DNA of 58,402 nucleotides, filler included, from Nemertoderma westbladi (taxonomy: Eukaryota; Animalia; Xenacoelomorpha): assembly GCA_032718475.1 (NCBI GenBank). It is 2 parts of 2 records of this genome, joined end to end, with 100 filler letters (N's around TTAATTAATTAA, not from the genome) between each part and the next. Parts side by side here need not be neighbours in the genome. Positions count along the whole stretch, not along the records: positions 1 to 30,022 come from JAUCBJ010001573.1; 1 more part is not named here. One strand, written 5' to 3'. The translations under genes were made by a program, and so were the position numbers. Below are positions 1 through 11,275 of this stretch, in pieces (position 1 is the stretch's first letter; the number at the start of each line of letters is the position of its first letter). The notes under the pieces are model-generated. The model saw only the letters and a program-made list of their open reading frames with translations, was not told where the DNA came from and did no database searches.

Positions 1-519
1 CGCCACCTGCTCCTCTCGAGGTTTATCCATTAAGCGCGTTATCGTCTGGTAATTCTGCCAGGCGGTACGCCAGTGCTGGAATGTAGCCAGCTTTATGTTC
101 CGCTCCAGTTTATCCGGTGTGCGGACCTGGAGTTTTACGATAGGGGCGTTGTGTTGTGTGCGCCCGCCGGTTCCCTGTGTTGGGGCAGCTGGGTTGTGGT
201 TGAAGAGGCGGATAATCTCCTCGCGTTCCTCGCGTCTGCGTTCTTCGCGTTCCTCGTCATCCGCACGGCGTTGTATCTCGAGACGCTCAAGGAGTTGTAC
301 GAGATCTGTTGTACCCTGGGTCGGTGCCGCAGGTGTATAGTCTCCCTCGATGTAACGGAGTAACTTACGCCGCAGGGAAACAGTTGAATCCTTTGGATTC
401 GCATGGATATTCACATTTTCGCAATGCCGCAAGAGGGATGCGCGATCCATCGTCGCCACGTCATCCTCCTCCAACTCGGTCGTGTCGTCCAAGTTGGGTT
501 TGCCACCAACGGTAGCCAT
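1..519 (-). CDS. gag: Ty3/Gypsy (Mag-like) Gag N-terminus, runs off the window edge
   Basis: Manual translation from ATG at 519 is open for 173 codons: MATVGGKPNLDD...VRTPDKLERNIKLATFQHWRTAWQNYQTITRLMDKPREEQVA. It resembles Mag-type Gag N-termini and lies downstream of a PBS and LTR. Not in the ORF track because it has no stop in the window. Confidence 0.7.
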   Translation of the reverse strand, partial: MATVGGKPNLDDTTELEEDDVATMDRASLLRHCENVNIHANPKDSTVSLRRKLLRYIEGDYTPAAPTQGTTDLVQLLERLEIQRRADDEEREERRREEREEIIRLFNHNPAAPTQGTGGRTQHNAPIVKLQVRTPDKLERNIKLATFQHWRTAWQNYQTITRLMDKPREEQVA

Positions 520-630
520 TGTGTAATCCAACCGCCGGTACCGGTACCCCTATCCGTGTAGGCCTACCGGTTGCAGTGTTGAGTTCCGTATCATAGGTTC
601 CAGCTAGCGAACGTCGCTACCGAAATATAA

Positions 631-638
631 CTGCGCCA
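631..638 (-). promoter_or_regulatory. Primer-binding site (TGGCGCAG, tRNA-Ser type)
   Basis: Minus strand reads ...GATACA|TGGCGCAG: an LTR-terminal CA directly followed by a TGG-type PBS, upstream of gag. Confidence 0.65.
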
Positions 639-786
639 TGTATCGTTCTTAACTTTACATAATAATATTAAGAGTAAAAAGAACGCCAGTGTGTAGATTC
701 AGAGTCAGTACCCTATATATGTATTCTAGCAGCTACACGTAGATTGTTATAGTAGCTACGCGTAGGTTATCTCATATAAAATAACA
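639..786 (-). mobile_element. Putative short 5' LTR of the Gypsy element
   Basis: Minus strand TGTTAT...ATACA next to the PBS. The partner LTR is outside the window, so the outer boundary is unverified. Confidence 0.5.
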
Positions 787-861
787 ACCCAGCACCAATA
801 CACCGATTAACACCAATTATAATATAATAAGTAATGGTGGTAGATAATGTCCGGGATACTC

Positions 862-1992
862 CACCCATATCAGCTCTCTAATAACCGCGGACCCCCATAT
901 CAACTCTCTAATAACCGCGGACCCCCACCCATATCAACTCTCTAATAACCGCGGACCCCCACCCATATCAACTCTCTATTAACCGCGGACCCCCATATCA
1001 ACTCTCTAATAACCGCGGACCCCCACCCATATCAACTCTCTAATAACCGTGGACCCCCATATAAATCTCTAATAACCGCGCACCCCCATATCAACTCTCT
1101 AATAACCGCGGACCCCCATATCAACTCTCTAATAACCGCGGACCCCCACCCAGATCAACTCTCTAATAACCGCGGACCCCCATATCAACTCTCTAATAAC
1201 CGCGGACCCCAACCCATATCAACTCTCTAATAACCGTGGACCCCCATATCAACTCTCTAATAACCGCGGACCCCCATATCAACTCTCTAATAACCGCGGA
1301 CCCCCACCCATATCAACTCTAATAACCGCGGACCCCCACCCATATCAACTCTCTAATCACCGCGGACCCCCACCCATATCAACTCTCTAATAACCGCGGA
1401 CCCCTACCCCATATCAACTCTCTAATACCCGCGGACCTCATATCAACTCTCTAATAACCGCGGACCCCCATATCAACTCTCTAATAACCGCGGACCCCCA
1501 TATCAACTCTCTAATAGCCGCGTACCCCCACCCATATCAAATCTCTAATAACCGTGGACCCCCATATCAATCTCTAATAACCGCGGACCCCCATATCAAC
1601 TCTCTAATAACCGCGGACCCCCATATCAACTCTCTAATAGCCGTGGACCCCCACCCATGTCAAATCTTTAAAAACCGCGGACCCCCAACCATATCAACTC
1701 TCTATTAACCGCGGACCCCCACCCATATAAACTCTCTAATAACCGCGGACCCCCACCCATATCAACTCTCTAATAACCGCGGACCCCAACCCATATCAAC
1801 TCTCTATTAACCGCGGACCCCCATATCAGCTCTCTAATAACCGCGGACCCCCATATCAACTCTCTAATAACCGCGGACCCCCACCCATATCAACTCTCTA
1901 ATAACCGCGGACCCCCACCCATATAAACTCTCTAATAACCGCGGACCCCCACCCAGATCAACTCTCTAATAACCGCGGACCCCCATATCAAC
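862..1992. repeat. Minisatellite, 30/34-bp unit (CCCCATATCAACTCTCTAATAACCGCGGAC with or without CACC)
   Basis: Directly visible tandem array of about 35 units in two length variants. Confidence 0.95.
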
Positions 1993-2326
1993 TGGCTACC
2001 GTGGCTATCATGGCTACTGCTGTACTGCTAAACTGTAGGAATGACGCAAAGTCTAAATTTGCTCACATAATCAGGCGACATCCAGGGTTGTCTCAGCTGG
2101 ATTTTCGACCAACCAGTGGGCAGAACTAAATTTAGGATCATTAAAGCACGTAATCGCCTCAACTTAATTTGGCGATTAATAAAAGCACAATTTAGGCGTT
2201 ATTTTAGCACAAACATCGATTTATAAAATTAGCACAAATGTATTAGATTCGATAGATATTGGAAAACGGCAAAATTCATATTTTGTTTTAAAGAATTTTG
2301 CCACCGCAAATGAATATATCAGTGTT

Positions 2327-3579
2327 TGTTCGCGCTTTCAGACTTTTGGCAGTTTAACCCACCAAATTAAGATGTCTTCTAGATATTAAATCAGTTTTTA
2401 GTCTATGACAAGTATTTGATTCACTACACTAGTCGAAACCAATCCGTGCGCGACCATTCACCCGCTGGATATTCCCGGGAGATTGGGTTCGACGGTTTAA
2501 TTTTATTGCTATGTAAGCCTAATGTATTATTCGACTGACAGTATTATATAATCTCTGACAATATTATTCACCTTCGGGAATATTAACAGTTCCTTTAGGA
2601 CGTGGCGCTTTATCTATATAAACAGAGTTATGACTTAAACTACTCACAACGATATGGCTTAATTATAATTCACATATATGGCGCATTCTTTAGGAATTGC
2701 TTCTTTAACAGACTCACTCATACACAATGCTGCACAATACTGCACACTAATCTGCCAATCTTCACTGATTTTAGTCACATATAAAAGGAACACAGACTGA
2801 ATCATGTAGGGTCTATCAAATAACATTGGATTCACTTCAAACCACTTTAACATAAGTCACAATCGTTATTGGTAACCTTTCTCTCTTACCTTCGGTATAT
2901 CAAGAACATTGGGTTTCGGGGTTATTTATCGTTATTCCAAATATAATAATTCATCAACCATATTATGAAGAACTGACAGTAAATAGCAGTATAAAACAAC
3001 AACTGAACACTGATTGTTATGAGTTTGCAATGTTTCAGCAGTCAGCATGTATCATCAGTCAGCAGTGATTCCATGAGTTACGGTATGTCGTACCGGTAGT
3101 GTTAAAGGATATATGCCCTTTATAATTAAACCTACTAGTGTAAGACTAAAAACAGTAAAGCACAAAATACTTCCAAGCCGTTCTTTCTTTGGCTCAGGAC
3201 TGAATGTAAACACTGCACATAGGCATTGCGTCATTTCTCGGAAATTTTCTGTACAAGGAGCCACAAAAACGCTCTAATTGGCTGACTGAACTGAGAGACG
3301 CCGTAGAACAAAGGAAATCAACACGTATGAATGTCAGCTGTTAACCGTAGTCATAGTAACTACTGTTCAAGAGTAGCTATCACCCCTTTGCGTCACGAAT
3401 TGCCATAGAATCATAAAATATGCCTTTCACAGTACACATACGGAGGAAATAGGTCTTAGATCCTCTAAAAACACCGATACAGCAATAATACGGTCTCTTA
3501 CACTTATTAAATCAACTACAGAGTATTTTAATGTAAAAGATAATAAAAATAACGGGGCAATTCAGCAAAGGCTTTTACA
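2327..3579 (-). repeat. BEL-1 3' LTR
   Basis: TGTTCGCGC...GGCTTTTACA; direct repeat of 13484-14740 with a few substitutions and two indel blocks. Confidence 0.95.
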
Positions 3580-3587
3580 CCGCTCCC
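3580..3587 (-). promoter_or_regulatory. BEL-1 polypurine tract (GGGAGCGG)
   Basis: Purine-rich GGGAGCGG directly before the TGT of the 3' LTR on the minus strand. Confidence 0.75.
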
Positions 3588-3699
3588 AGAAAATGGGATT
3601 TTCAGTCTATAAAATATAAAAATCACAGTTTCTAAAACATAAAGATACTCTAAACAGTTAGTCTTTCTTACGCAGACGGCGTTTACGCAGTTTTTTGAG

Positions 3700-5460
3700 G
3701 CTAGCAAGAGTCTTTTTCTCTTTGGGGGGAGCCACTTTACTAGGAGGGCCATAACTCCTGGGTGAAGGGTGCAATATGATTGCATCAGAAGGTGTAGGAT
3801 TGTGGTCGAGGTATCTGCCGTTTCGATATGCTTCTCCTCGAGCTGATTTTCCTCCGCTCGTAGCTGGATACGTTCATCCAAAAACTCTCGCAGAGAATAG
3901 GATCGTCCAAGTTCGATAACTTCTTAGAGATTCTGGATTTCCCAATCGAATTGAGATAAGGCCAATTCGTTTATCGATTGGACTCACTGTTATAACTTAC
4001 GTTTATCTGAACAAACGCAGGTTTCCTTTTTGATCTTTATAAAATAGCGTTTAACTCGTTTCGTACAACGCTCTCCTTCACCTTGATGAGGGGTTGTATC
4101 GCGTTAAACGTGGACGACCATACGGTTGGATAGTGATATTAGGTGTCCGCGTCACAATCCGGCTAGGTAAGATGGGCGGCTAGCTAGAAATCACTGTCGG
4201 AGTGTTACCGATTAATTGTTAGGGTAGCACTAGATCTTTGAACAGTGAATACAGTCCGCGAGGATCCGCGACACCACCAAGATCGCAGGTCTGAGGTCCA
4301 ACTAAGGAATGAGGAGGTTTGACCGAGTATTCCGGGACTCTGATCGTAGGTTTACTCCAGGATCGTTCGAGCCGAGTGAGCATAGGTGATACGTCAACAA
4401 GTTTCGGTTTACGTGGATGTTTATGTCTTTCCGTTTATTAGTTGGGTCTAGGGCATTTATCGTAATAATACCAAAGACGCACGTCTGGTCGTTTATCTGA
4501 ACAAACGCAGGTTTCCTTTTTGATCTTTATAAAATAGCGTTTAACTCGTTTCGTACAACGCTCTCCTTCACCTTGATGAGGGGTTGTATCGCGTTAAACG
4601 TGGACGACCATACGGTTGGATAGTGATATTAGGTGTCCGCGTCACAATCCGGCTAGGTAAGATGGGCGGCTAGCTAGAAATCACTGTCGGAGTGTTACCG
4701 ATTAATTGTTAGGGTAGCACTAGATCTTTGAACAGTGAATACAGTCCGCGAGGATCCGCGACACCACCAAGATCGCAGGTCTGAGGTCCAACTAAGGAAT
4801 GAGGAGGTTTGACCGAGTATTCCGGGACTCTGATCGTAGGTTTACTCCAGGATCGTTCGAGCCGAGTGAGCATAGGTGATACGTCAACAAGTTTCGGTTT
4901 ACGTGGATGTTTATGTCTTTCCGTTTATTAGTTGGGTCTAGGGCATTTATCGTAATAATACCAAAGACGCACGTCTGGTAGGGTAAACGCGGGTGATATT
5001 TATTTGTTGTTACAATGCTTCTATCAAGAATTCCAAATATACGTTGGAGTTACCGCGTTTATTTGTTTCTTTAGTGTCTTTTCTTTCGAGTCGATTTCGA
5101 ATAGAATTTTCGCATTCGAATTTCAGTTTATGGTTCCGACTCCGCTGGGCAGGATATATAGTCGACATAGTCCGTATTGTGTAAATCGATAGGATGACCA
5201 GTAGTTAAGAAGACCATATACGTACCATTACGCTGCGTATATCGAGCAGCGAATTTTCTATAGTCCAACTCGCGCGCGAGCTGCTCTTGGGACATTGGCG
5301 GTTCGATATAACGACCATCGTCCTCCGCAGCAGTTGGACTAACGTCGCCGCGTATTAAGCTATCAACAAACGCTTGCAAAAGTAGAGTATATCGCTCCCC
5401 GATACCAAGAACATCTTCCATCAACTCCGTCATGTCTGCTATATATGAGTTTATCCACAT
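3700..5460 (-). pseudogene. Degenerate extra ORF(s) of unknown function in the BEL-1 3' region
   Basis: GC-richer segment with sense-strand ORF pieces (5128-5460, 3528-3881) and long readable frames broken by isolated stops. No recognisable domain. Confidence 0.4.
4000..4979. repeat. Tandem duplication, 2 x 490 bp
   Basis: 4000-4489 and 4490-4979 appear identical by eye. Confidence 0.95.
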
Positions 5461-7087
5461 TATAAGGAGTTTATATTCAGGCTAGCGAGCGTCGCTGCCT
5501 ACTCCAATTAACCCCCGGACAGTACGAGATCCTCAGCGCCGATGTGTCGTCGCCGCTGTACTTTCGCCAACGACGTAGCCGCACAACGACAACGACAACC
5601 GACACAAGTCACTCGACTGTCCGTCCCAAAGACTTAGATGTACTTCAGGTTTTCCTTGGAGAGTTAGGTTACTTTTACGATTGCGACTAGCTACTGTAAA
5701 CACACCTTAGTAGTAACATTCGCCTATAAACTCACAAGTACCACACACACAACTTGTCACAAATTACACACACTCGGGTCACTTGTCCGTTAGTCAATGC
5801 CTTCCAGAATGTCACTGTATTATTATGTATCCTTGGATACTATCAGTGCACTATTTATTCCCTATGCTATTCAATGGGACAAGCTTTCTATTGTTCTTTT
5901 AACTCAATTCTAATTCTAGCGTGGTTGTTGCTATGGTGACATTATGCAAAGCTAGCGGTAGAATTAGGGTGATTCCAATGCATACAGATCTGGGATGTTA
6001 TTTAATAGTAATTCTTTAATAGTCAATGTTCTGTTTTATACATGACTTTATGAATTTTATCGGCTATTGACTATGTTTGGGAGACTTTCACACACTCATA
6101 CGCATGATAAGATAAATCTCCGCTCCCTTGATCTATTAATTAATGGAATTTTGGGAACTTTATAAATTGCGTAAAAATGGCAATTTATTAAATTCATTAA
6201 AAGGCATGAATTTAAATTGATTCCCTGAAATTTTATTATTTGATAATTAAATGGACATATTTGGATTCCAGAACATGTCTGGGGACACAAGATCCTTAAT
6301 TCTATGACAATTGTCTTTTTAAGAATATCGGTAAATGCTACGATATCTTAATTGACTAGAATTGTTGAAGGATCTGAATTTTACAGATTTTGATTTATTA
6401 GATTTGCAAATATTAATTAATTAATATTTGAGATGGGCACCGATTTATTCCAGAACTTGTCTGGGGACGTTAACCACTGATTCTAGAATTTGTCTTTCAA
6501 GTATATCGGTGGGTGCCGCGATATCTTAATCGACTAGAATTACAGATGGTCAAAGGGTTTAACAGATTTATTTTGCGTTATACGCTACTGTTAAAGGGAC
6601 ATCACGCTACTATATGTATTATTTAATATACGGTATGAGAGCAATATCGCACGAAGCAATGTCAGTGTGAAGAGGCAAGTCGTTTCCAAGGTCTACCCAG
6701 AGCTTGGTTTAGCCGAGACACGAGGATCTGAACTTTGCATTCCTAATACTCTGCCTACCAATAATACTTAAATATAGTAGTGGCTTTATTGTACTTTAAT
6801 AAGTACGGACATTTCATCTTACTGTAGTTACGTATTTATAATATAATACGGACAGTAAGGAAAGAGAAAAAATAATTATTTCTTCGCCGTCGCACTAAAT
6901 ATAATATAAGTAATTACGTACGTAATAAACACGAATATATTGCACTATTCTACAAAATAATCGCTAAATAATATTCTACTAAATTAAATAAAACGATTAT
7001 AATAAAATTACATAGTAATACATACATAAATATAAAAATAATAAAATAATATAAAATAATAGAGTCACACACCCACTCCATATGTTG

Positions 7088-10000
7088 TTACGTTATGGAG
7101 TCCCTAGATGTTTGAAGGATTAGGGAGGTGGTCGTGGGAAGAGAATCTTGCCTTCCACAGTTTCCGGAGAGTCCTCCATTCCCTTCCGATAAACACAAAC
7201 GACCGACTGGGTGATTGAGTCGCTGCATCCTGAATACAATTCCAGGTTTCCTCTTCGTCCTGGAATAGTGACGATAGAAACATCGCTCAAAGTATATGAC
7301 GGCGTCACAAAGCCGATTCCAGGAGCTATAGTGGTCCGTCGCTCTCTGCAGGAGAGGTGAGAGTCCCTGCGAGACGTCTGATGTTCCAGAGCTCCAATCG
7401 CTCTCTCTGATCTTCATGAAGGATCCACTCGCGGAGGGGAGGCCCAGATCCACGGCGTCGTCCCTGGCAACATGTAATACCGACAGATCTATCCCGGGTT
7501 CAAATAACTCCGATCCACCCGTCCGGGTTTCAGGTTCGACTTTCTCCGCTCCCTTGGCTGGTCTAATCTCAGTCGGAGTAAGATGGGGAGGCCATTCATT
7601 CTCCTTACTCAGGAAGTCGGGTTCACCTAACCGGTCTATAGTATCTGTCAGTTCTTGAGGAGTTGCTCCTCTGGAAGCGATGTCCGTTGGATTAAACTTC
7701 TTGGGGCAATATCTCCATTGATCTACATTGGAGCTAAGATTGTCATTATCTGAGGAGTGTGGTGTTCCCTCAGTTGGGTCGTCTCCCTCACTAGTATCAT
7801 CTTCCCATTCACTCACCTGGCAGACGCGATCTTGAAGCAGTCTTTCCCTGAGCGTTCTACGGGAAGGTCCAGTAAGGTACCAACCTACTCTAGTTCTTAC
7901 CGCATAGGTCTGTAGGGGCTGCGGTTGAGCAGGCCGTTTCTCTAATGTCTCCAGCGCCTCATGCGCGTTTTGGCCGATGAGTATTTGCACTCCAGGGTAA
8001 TCAGTCTGGAATCGAGGTATGTTAAGATGTTGGATGCTCTCATCCTCGTCCCAATTATAAAGGTCTGCTTGAGTAGTAGCGAAGTTCTTTATAGCCACCA
8101 TTTTCACTGACCTTATGCTATGTTCTCCTAGTTCGTCTTGTGGGGTGGACAACGCGCCTACATAATAATCAGCTGTTATTGTAGATTTCCAAACTTGCAT
8201 AATGCCTGACATGTTGAGCTTAGTTTGGAACTTGGGTTGTCCAGCAAATATATCTTCGGCTAGCTCTTTATCGATGAATGTTCCTGTGCTACCGGAGTCC
8301 AGGAGGGCGTTCACTATATAGCTCTTCTGAGGTCCGTGGACCCGTAACTGGACTACAGGAAATTCTCGGATTCCTATATTGGAAGTTGGCGCTTTCCAAG
8401 ATGGTTGTTGATCGGAAGTAGTTAAGGTAAGGTCGCTGTCTGTGTCTTTCTCATACACGAGTGCTCGATACACTGCGGTGGTGTTTATTAGGTAACAGGA
8501 TTCGTTTTGGTCGGAGAACTCGTCCGTATAGAATCCTTCCATCTCAGATTGATCAGTGTCGTTCACATCACTGAATTGGACATGTAGTTCGGACTCACTT
8601 ACCTGACTCGGGCTGTTTCGTTCGAATTCCGTGTGCAACAAGATATGATGTTTTGCGCCGCACTTTGCACACCTTGCGTCGGAGTTACAGGTTCGCCGTT
8701 GGTGTCCTCGTCTGAGGCAATTATAACACAACCGCTTATCCCACATGACTTCACGTCTATCCTCGAGTGATTTCCTCAGGAATTTATCGCACGCATTTAA
8801 ACGGTGGGGCCCGTCGCACAGCACACATTTCGACTTGATGTTACTTACTTTAACCTGTGCTATGTGGTGCACACTTGTTCTTTCCTCGGGCTTTCTCACC
8901 TGAATTCCTTTAGGAGACGTAGGAGGGGTTTTTTGTACCGGTTCCCTTCTGTCATTGGGTCGAGACTTGGCTTTACTTACCTGTTCTTTAGGCATTTTAT
9001 TGACATAATAAGGCCTGTCAGTGTCTTTCCCGCTGTCCTCTCCTTGAGAGGTTTGGCTTTCACCGTCGTCGGTATAACATACTGGTGCTACCCTTCTCCT
9101 AGAAACGGGTTTCTCACTTACCTTGTTTTCCAATGTCTTCTCTCTGGACTGCCTTAGGAGCTGTAATTTCACTTCTCTATCTAAGAATGACATGAGATCA
9201 GTCATGGTAGGGTCTCGTCGTTGTTGTTCCATCATATATAACACCTTCTTATCCCAGCGTGTACCTACTCCACCCTTGGGCAAAGCAGATGCTAAGGCTC
9301 TTACAACCATAGAATTCTGGTATTCATGAGACTTACCTAGCCAATCTAATTGTCTACAGATCTCCTGAATCTCATCGGAAAACTCTATAATCCCGCTGCT
9401 AAGAAACTTTCGGGGCGCCATTAATTTTGCATACAAATACCCAGCTATGTCATTCCTATTACCATACCTGATGTTTAGTGTATCCCAAACTTGTCTTAAT
9501 CCATCTGGATGTCCAATAAATTTTAACGCCATTGACTTGGGAGATCCTTCCAAGCACTCGATGAGGTATCTAAGTTTTTCTCCATTAGATAGTACGGAGT
9601 TCTGTATGTTATCTTTGTAATATTCATTAAAAGGTAACCATTTCATCTCATCTCCATTGAACTTAACGATCTCTCCCACCTTTACCGCTTGCCGGGCTTC
9701 GGTTCTAGCCATTTGACGCGTAAAACTTTCTTGGGCCATCGTGCTATTTAATATCGAGTTATCGGCATATAAATTTCTCGGATTATGATCAGGTCTATAG
9801 GGAATGTCATTATCAACAGGTCTATAATTACCCTTAATAGGGTTCACTATAGGAGTTTCTACTTCGCTAGCAGTATATATGCGTGTAGGCTCCACACCTT
9901 GCGCATGCAATACTTCAGACCTAACAGGTTGACACATCGTTACAGAGGGTGGTGGTATACCCTTTTGGGTATTTACTAATTTATCGCGTTCTAGCGCGAT

Positions 10001-11275
10001 ACTTTGCTGCACTTCTTGCAACTCTAGCCTACTTTCCCTTACTGTGCCCTTGAACTGCTGGACAGTCTCCTGCATCTGTCCGAGCAGGATATCCATCCCC
10101 CGCCGTCTCTCGTCCACCCATTCGACCGCCGAAGCGGGAGTCGCCAACGTTGTAGCGGGCGGACGAGGGACAACGGGCGACAAATTGTGAATATTTCGCT
10201 CGGGGTCCAGGACCTGAACTGTATCCGGGGCAGTTCTACGGGGCACAGGTAGCTTAGTGCTATGCAAAGGGAATTTAGAGGTAGTCTCAGGGAGCACAGG
10301 TATGTCTATCACCGAAGGGGTGATTTCAAGAACAGGCCTAATTATTTCAGGCTCATCTACTATAGTAGGGAGTCTTTCTATTTTAATTATTTGGTCTGTG
10401 GGCTCTGTACTACTTAAGTTGGTGTTATTTAGTTGCCTTCTAACAGCTGGAGGCAAATCAGGCAATTTCTGACGGTGGAATGTTCTTTTACGTCTGCTTA
10501 AACGAGATCTATTTCCTTTGCCTTCAGTATCGGTGGTATCGCCTTCTTCAGATGATGTATACCCCTGTCTTTTGGGAGTAGATCGACTCATCATCTGCAT
10601 ATTACTAGCTGTTAACTGTTTATTGAAGTTGTCTTGCCTCTCTTGAAGATTTTCCAACTCTAGTTGGGTTGCCTCTTCAGATGCCCTCCGTTCTGCTTCT
10701 ACCACTGCCTCTGCTGTTGCCAGTGCCGCCTTTCTTTCTGCTTCGGCCGCTGCCTTTGCTGCTGCTACTGCCGCTTTTGCCTCTGCCGCTGCCACTGCCG
10801 CTGCCGCTTTTGTTTCTGCTTCTGCAGCTGCCTTTGCTGCTTTTGTTTCTGCTTCTGCAGCTGCCTTTGCTGCTGCTACTGCCGCTTTTTCCTCTGCCGC
10901 TGCCACTGCCGCTGCCGCTTTTGTTTCTGCTTCTGCAGCTGCCACTGCTGCTGCTACTGCCGCTGCCTTTCTGTCTTCTATACGTTTTTTCTTTACTTGT
11001 TCTTCCTGGACCTTAACGACGCGGAGTTGTTCATCGAATTTAGCTTGATTAGCCGCTAACCTATCCACGTCGATGGCGTCAAGCACACGCTGTGCTCCTT
11101 CACTATTAGGGCTAAGTCCCTCTAGTCTTCTCCTCAACTCTTCATCTCCCACAAAACGCTGATAGTCTGACAGATAGATATCAATGGCATCCTTCTTATG
11201 CGGTTTCTCTGCCGTCACTTCGCTCTCGGTTGTATCTAGTAGACTGTCTGACAGGTTCTGCTTTGCGTCAGACAT
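7088..11275 (-). CDS. gag-pro: BEL/Pao Gag plus aspartic protease, fused in frame to a pol RNase H-tail remnant (RT and IN absent)
   Basis: DUF1759-like FNGDEMKWLPF...KLRYLIECLEG; BEL triple Cys-His motif (CVLCDGPHRLNAC, CYNCLRRGHQRRTC, CAKCGAKHHILLH); protease ALLDSGST and ILIGQ; RTRVGWYLTGP; then QWRYCPKKFNPTDIASRG...FL...EWP and YSSWNRL. No YxDD or integrase DDE motif. Confidence 0.9.
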   Translation of the reverse strand: MSDAKQNLSDSLLDTTESEVTAEKPHKKDAIDIYLSDYQRFVGDEELRRRLEGLSPNSEGAQRVLDAIDVDRLAANQAKFDEQLRVVKVQEEQVKKKRIEDRKAAAVAAAVAAAEAETKAAAAVAAAEEKAAVAAAKAAAEAETKAAKAAAEAETKAAAAVAAAEAKAAVAAAKAAAEAERKAALATAEAVVEAERRASEEATQLELENLQERQDNFNKQLTASNMQMMSRSTPKRQGYTSSEEGDTTDTEGKGNRSRLSRRKRTFHRQKLPDLPPAVRRQLNNTNLSSTEPTDQIIKIERLPTIVDEPEIIRPVLEITPSVIDIPVLPETTSKFPLHSTKLPVPRRTAPDTVQVLDPERNIHNLSPVVPRPPATTLATPASAVEWVDERRRGMDILLGQMQETVQQFKGTVRESRLELQEVQQSIALERDKLVNTQKGIPPPSVTMCQPVRSEVLHAQGVEPTRIYTASEVETPIVNPIKGNYRPVDNDIPYRPDHNPRNLYADNSILNSTMAQESFTRQMARTEARQAVKVGEIVKFNGDEMKWLPFNEYYKDNIQNSVLSNGEKLRYLIECLEGSPKSMALKFIGHPDGLRQVWDTLNIRYGNRNDIAGYLYAKLMAPRKFLSSGIIEFSDEIQEICRQLDWLGKSHEYQNSMVVRALASALPKGGVGTRWDKKVLYMMEQQRRDPTMTDLMSFLDREVKLQLLRQSREKTLENKVSEKPVSRRRVAPVCYTDDGESQTSQGEDSGKDTDRPYYVNKMPKEQVSKAKSRPNDRREPVQKTPPTSPKGIQVRKPEERTSVHHIAQVKVSNIKSKCVLCDGPHRLNACDKFLRKSLEDRREVMWDKRLCYNCLRRGHQRRTCNSDARCAKCGAKHHILLHTEFERNSPSQVSESELHVQFSDVNDTDQSEMEGFYTDEFSDQNESCYLINTTAVYRALVYEKDTDSDLTLTTSDQQPSWKAPTSNIGIREFPVVQLRVHGPQKSYIVNALLDSGSTGTFIDKELAEDIFAGQPKFQTKLNMSGIMQVWKSTITADYYVGALSTPQDELGEHSIRSVKMVAIKNFATTQADLYNWDEDESIQHLNIPRFQTDYPGVQILIGQNAHEALETLEKRPAQPQPLQTYAVRTRVGWYLTGPSRRTLRERLLQDRVCQVSEWEDDTSEGDDPTEGTPHSSDNDNLSSNVDQWRYCPKKFNPTDIASRGATPQELTDTIDRLGEPDFLSKENEWPPHLTPTEIRPAKGAEKVEPETRTGGSELFEPGIDLSVLHVARDDAVDLGLPSASGSFMKIRESDWSSGTSDVSQGLSPLLQRATDHYSSWNRLCDAVIYFERCFYRHYSRTKRKPGIVFRMQRLNHPVGRLCLSEGNGGLSGNCGRQDSLPTTTSLILQTSRDSIT

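Noticed and set aside
2602-3264. Small ORFs repeated at 13759-14438 and 30436-30687
   Set aside because: They recur only because they lie in LTR copies; no domain is evident.
10664-11059. Cys-rich and Leu/Pro-rich plus-strand ORFs
   Set aside because: Antisense readings of the Ala-rich repeat in BEL-1 Gag.
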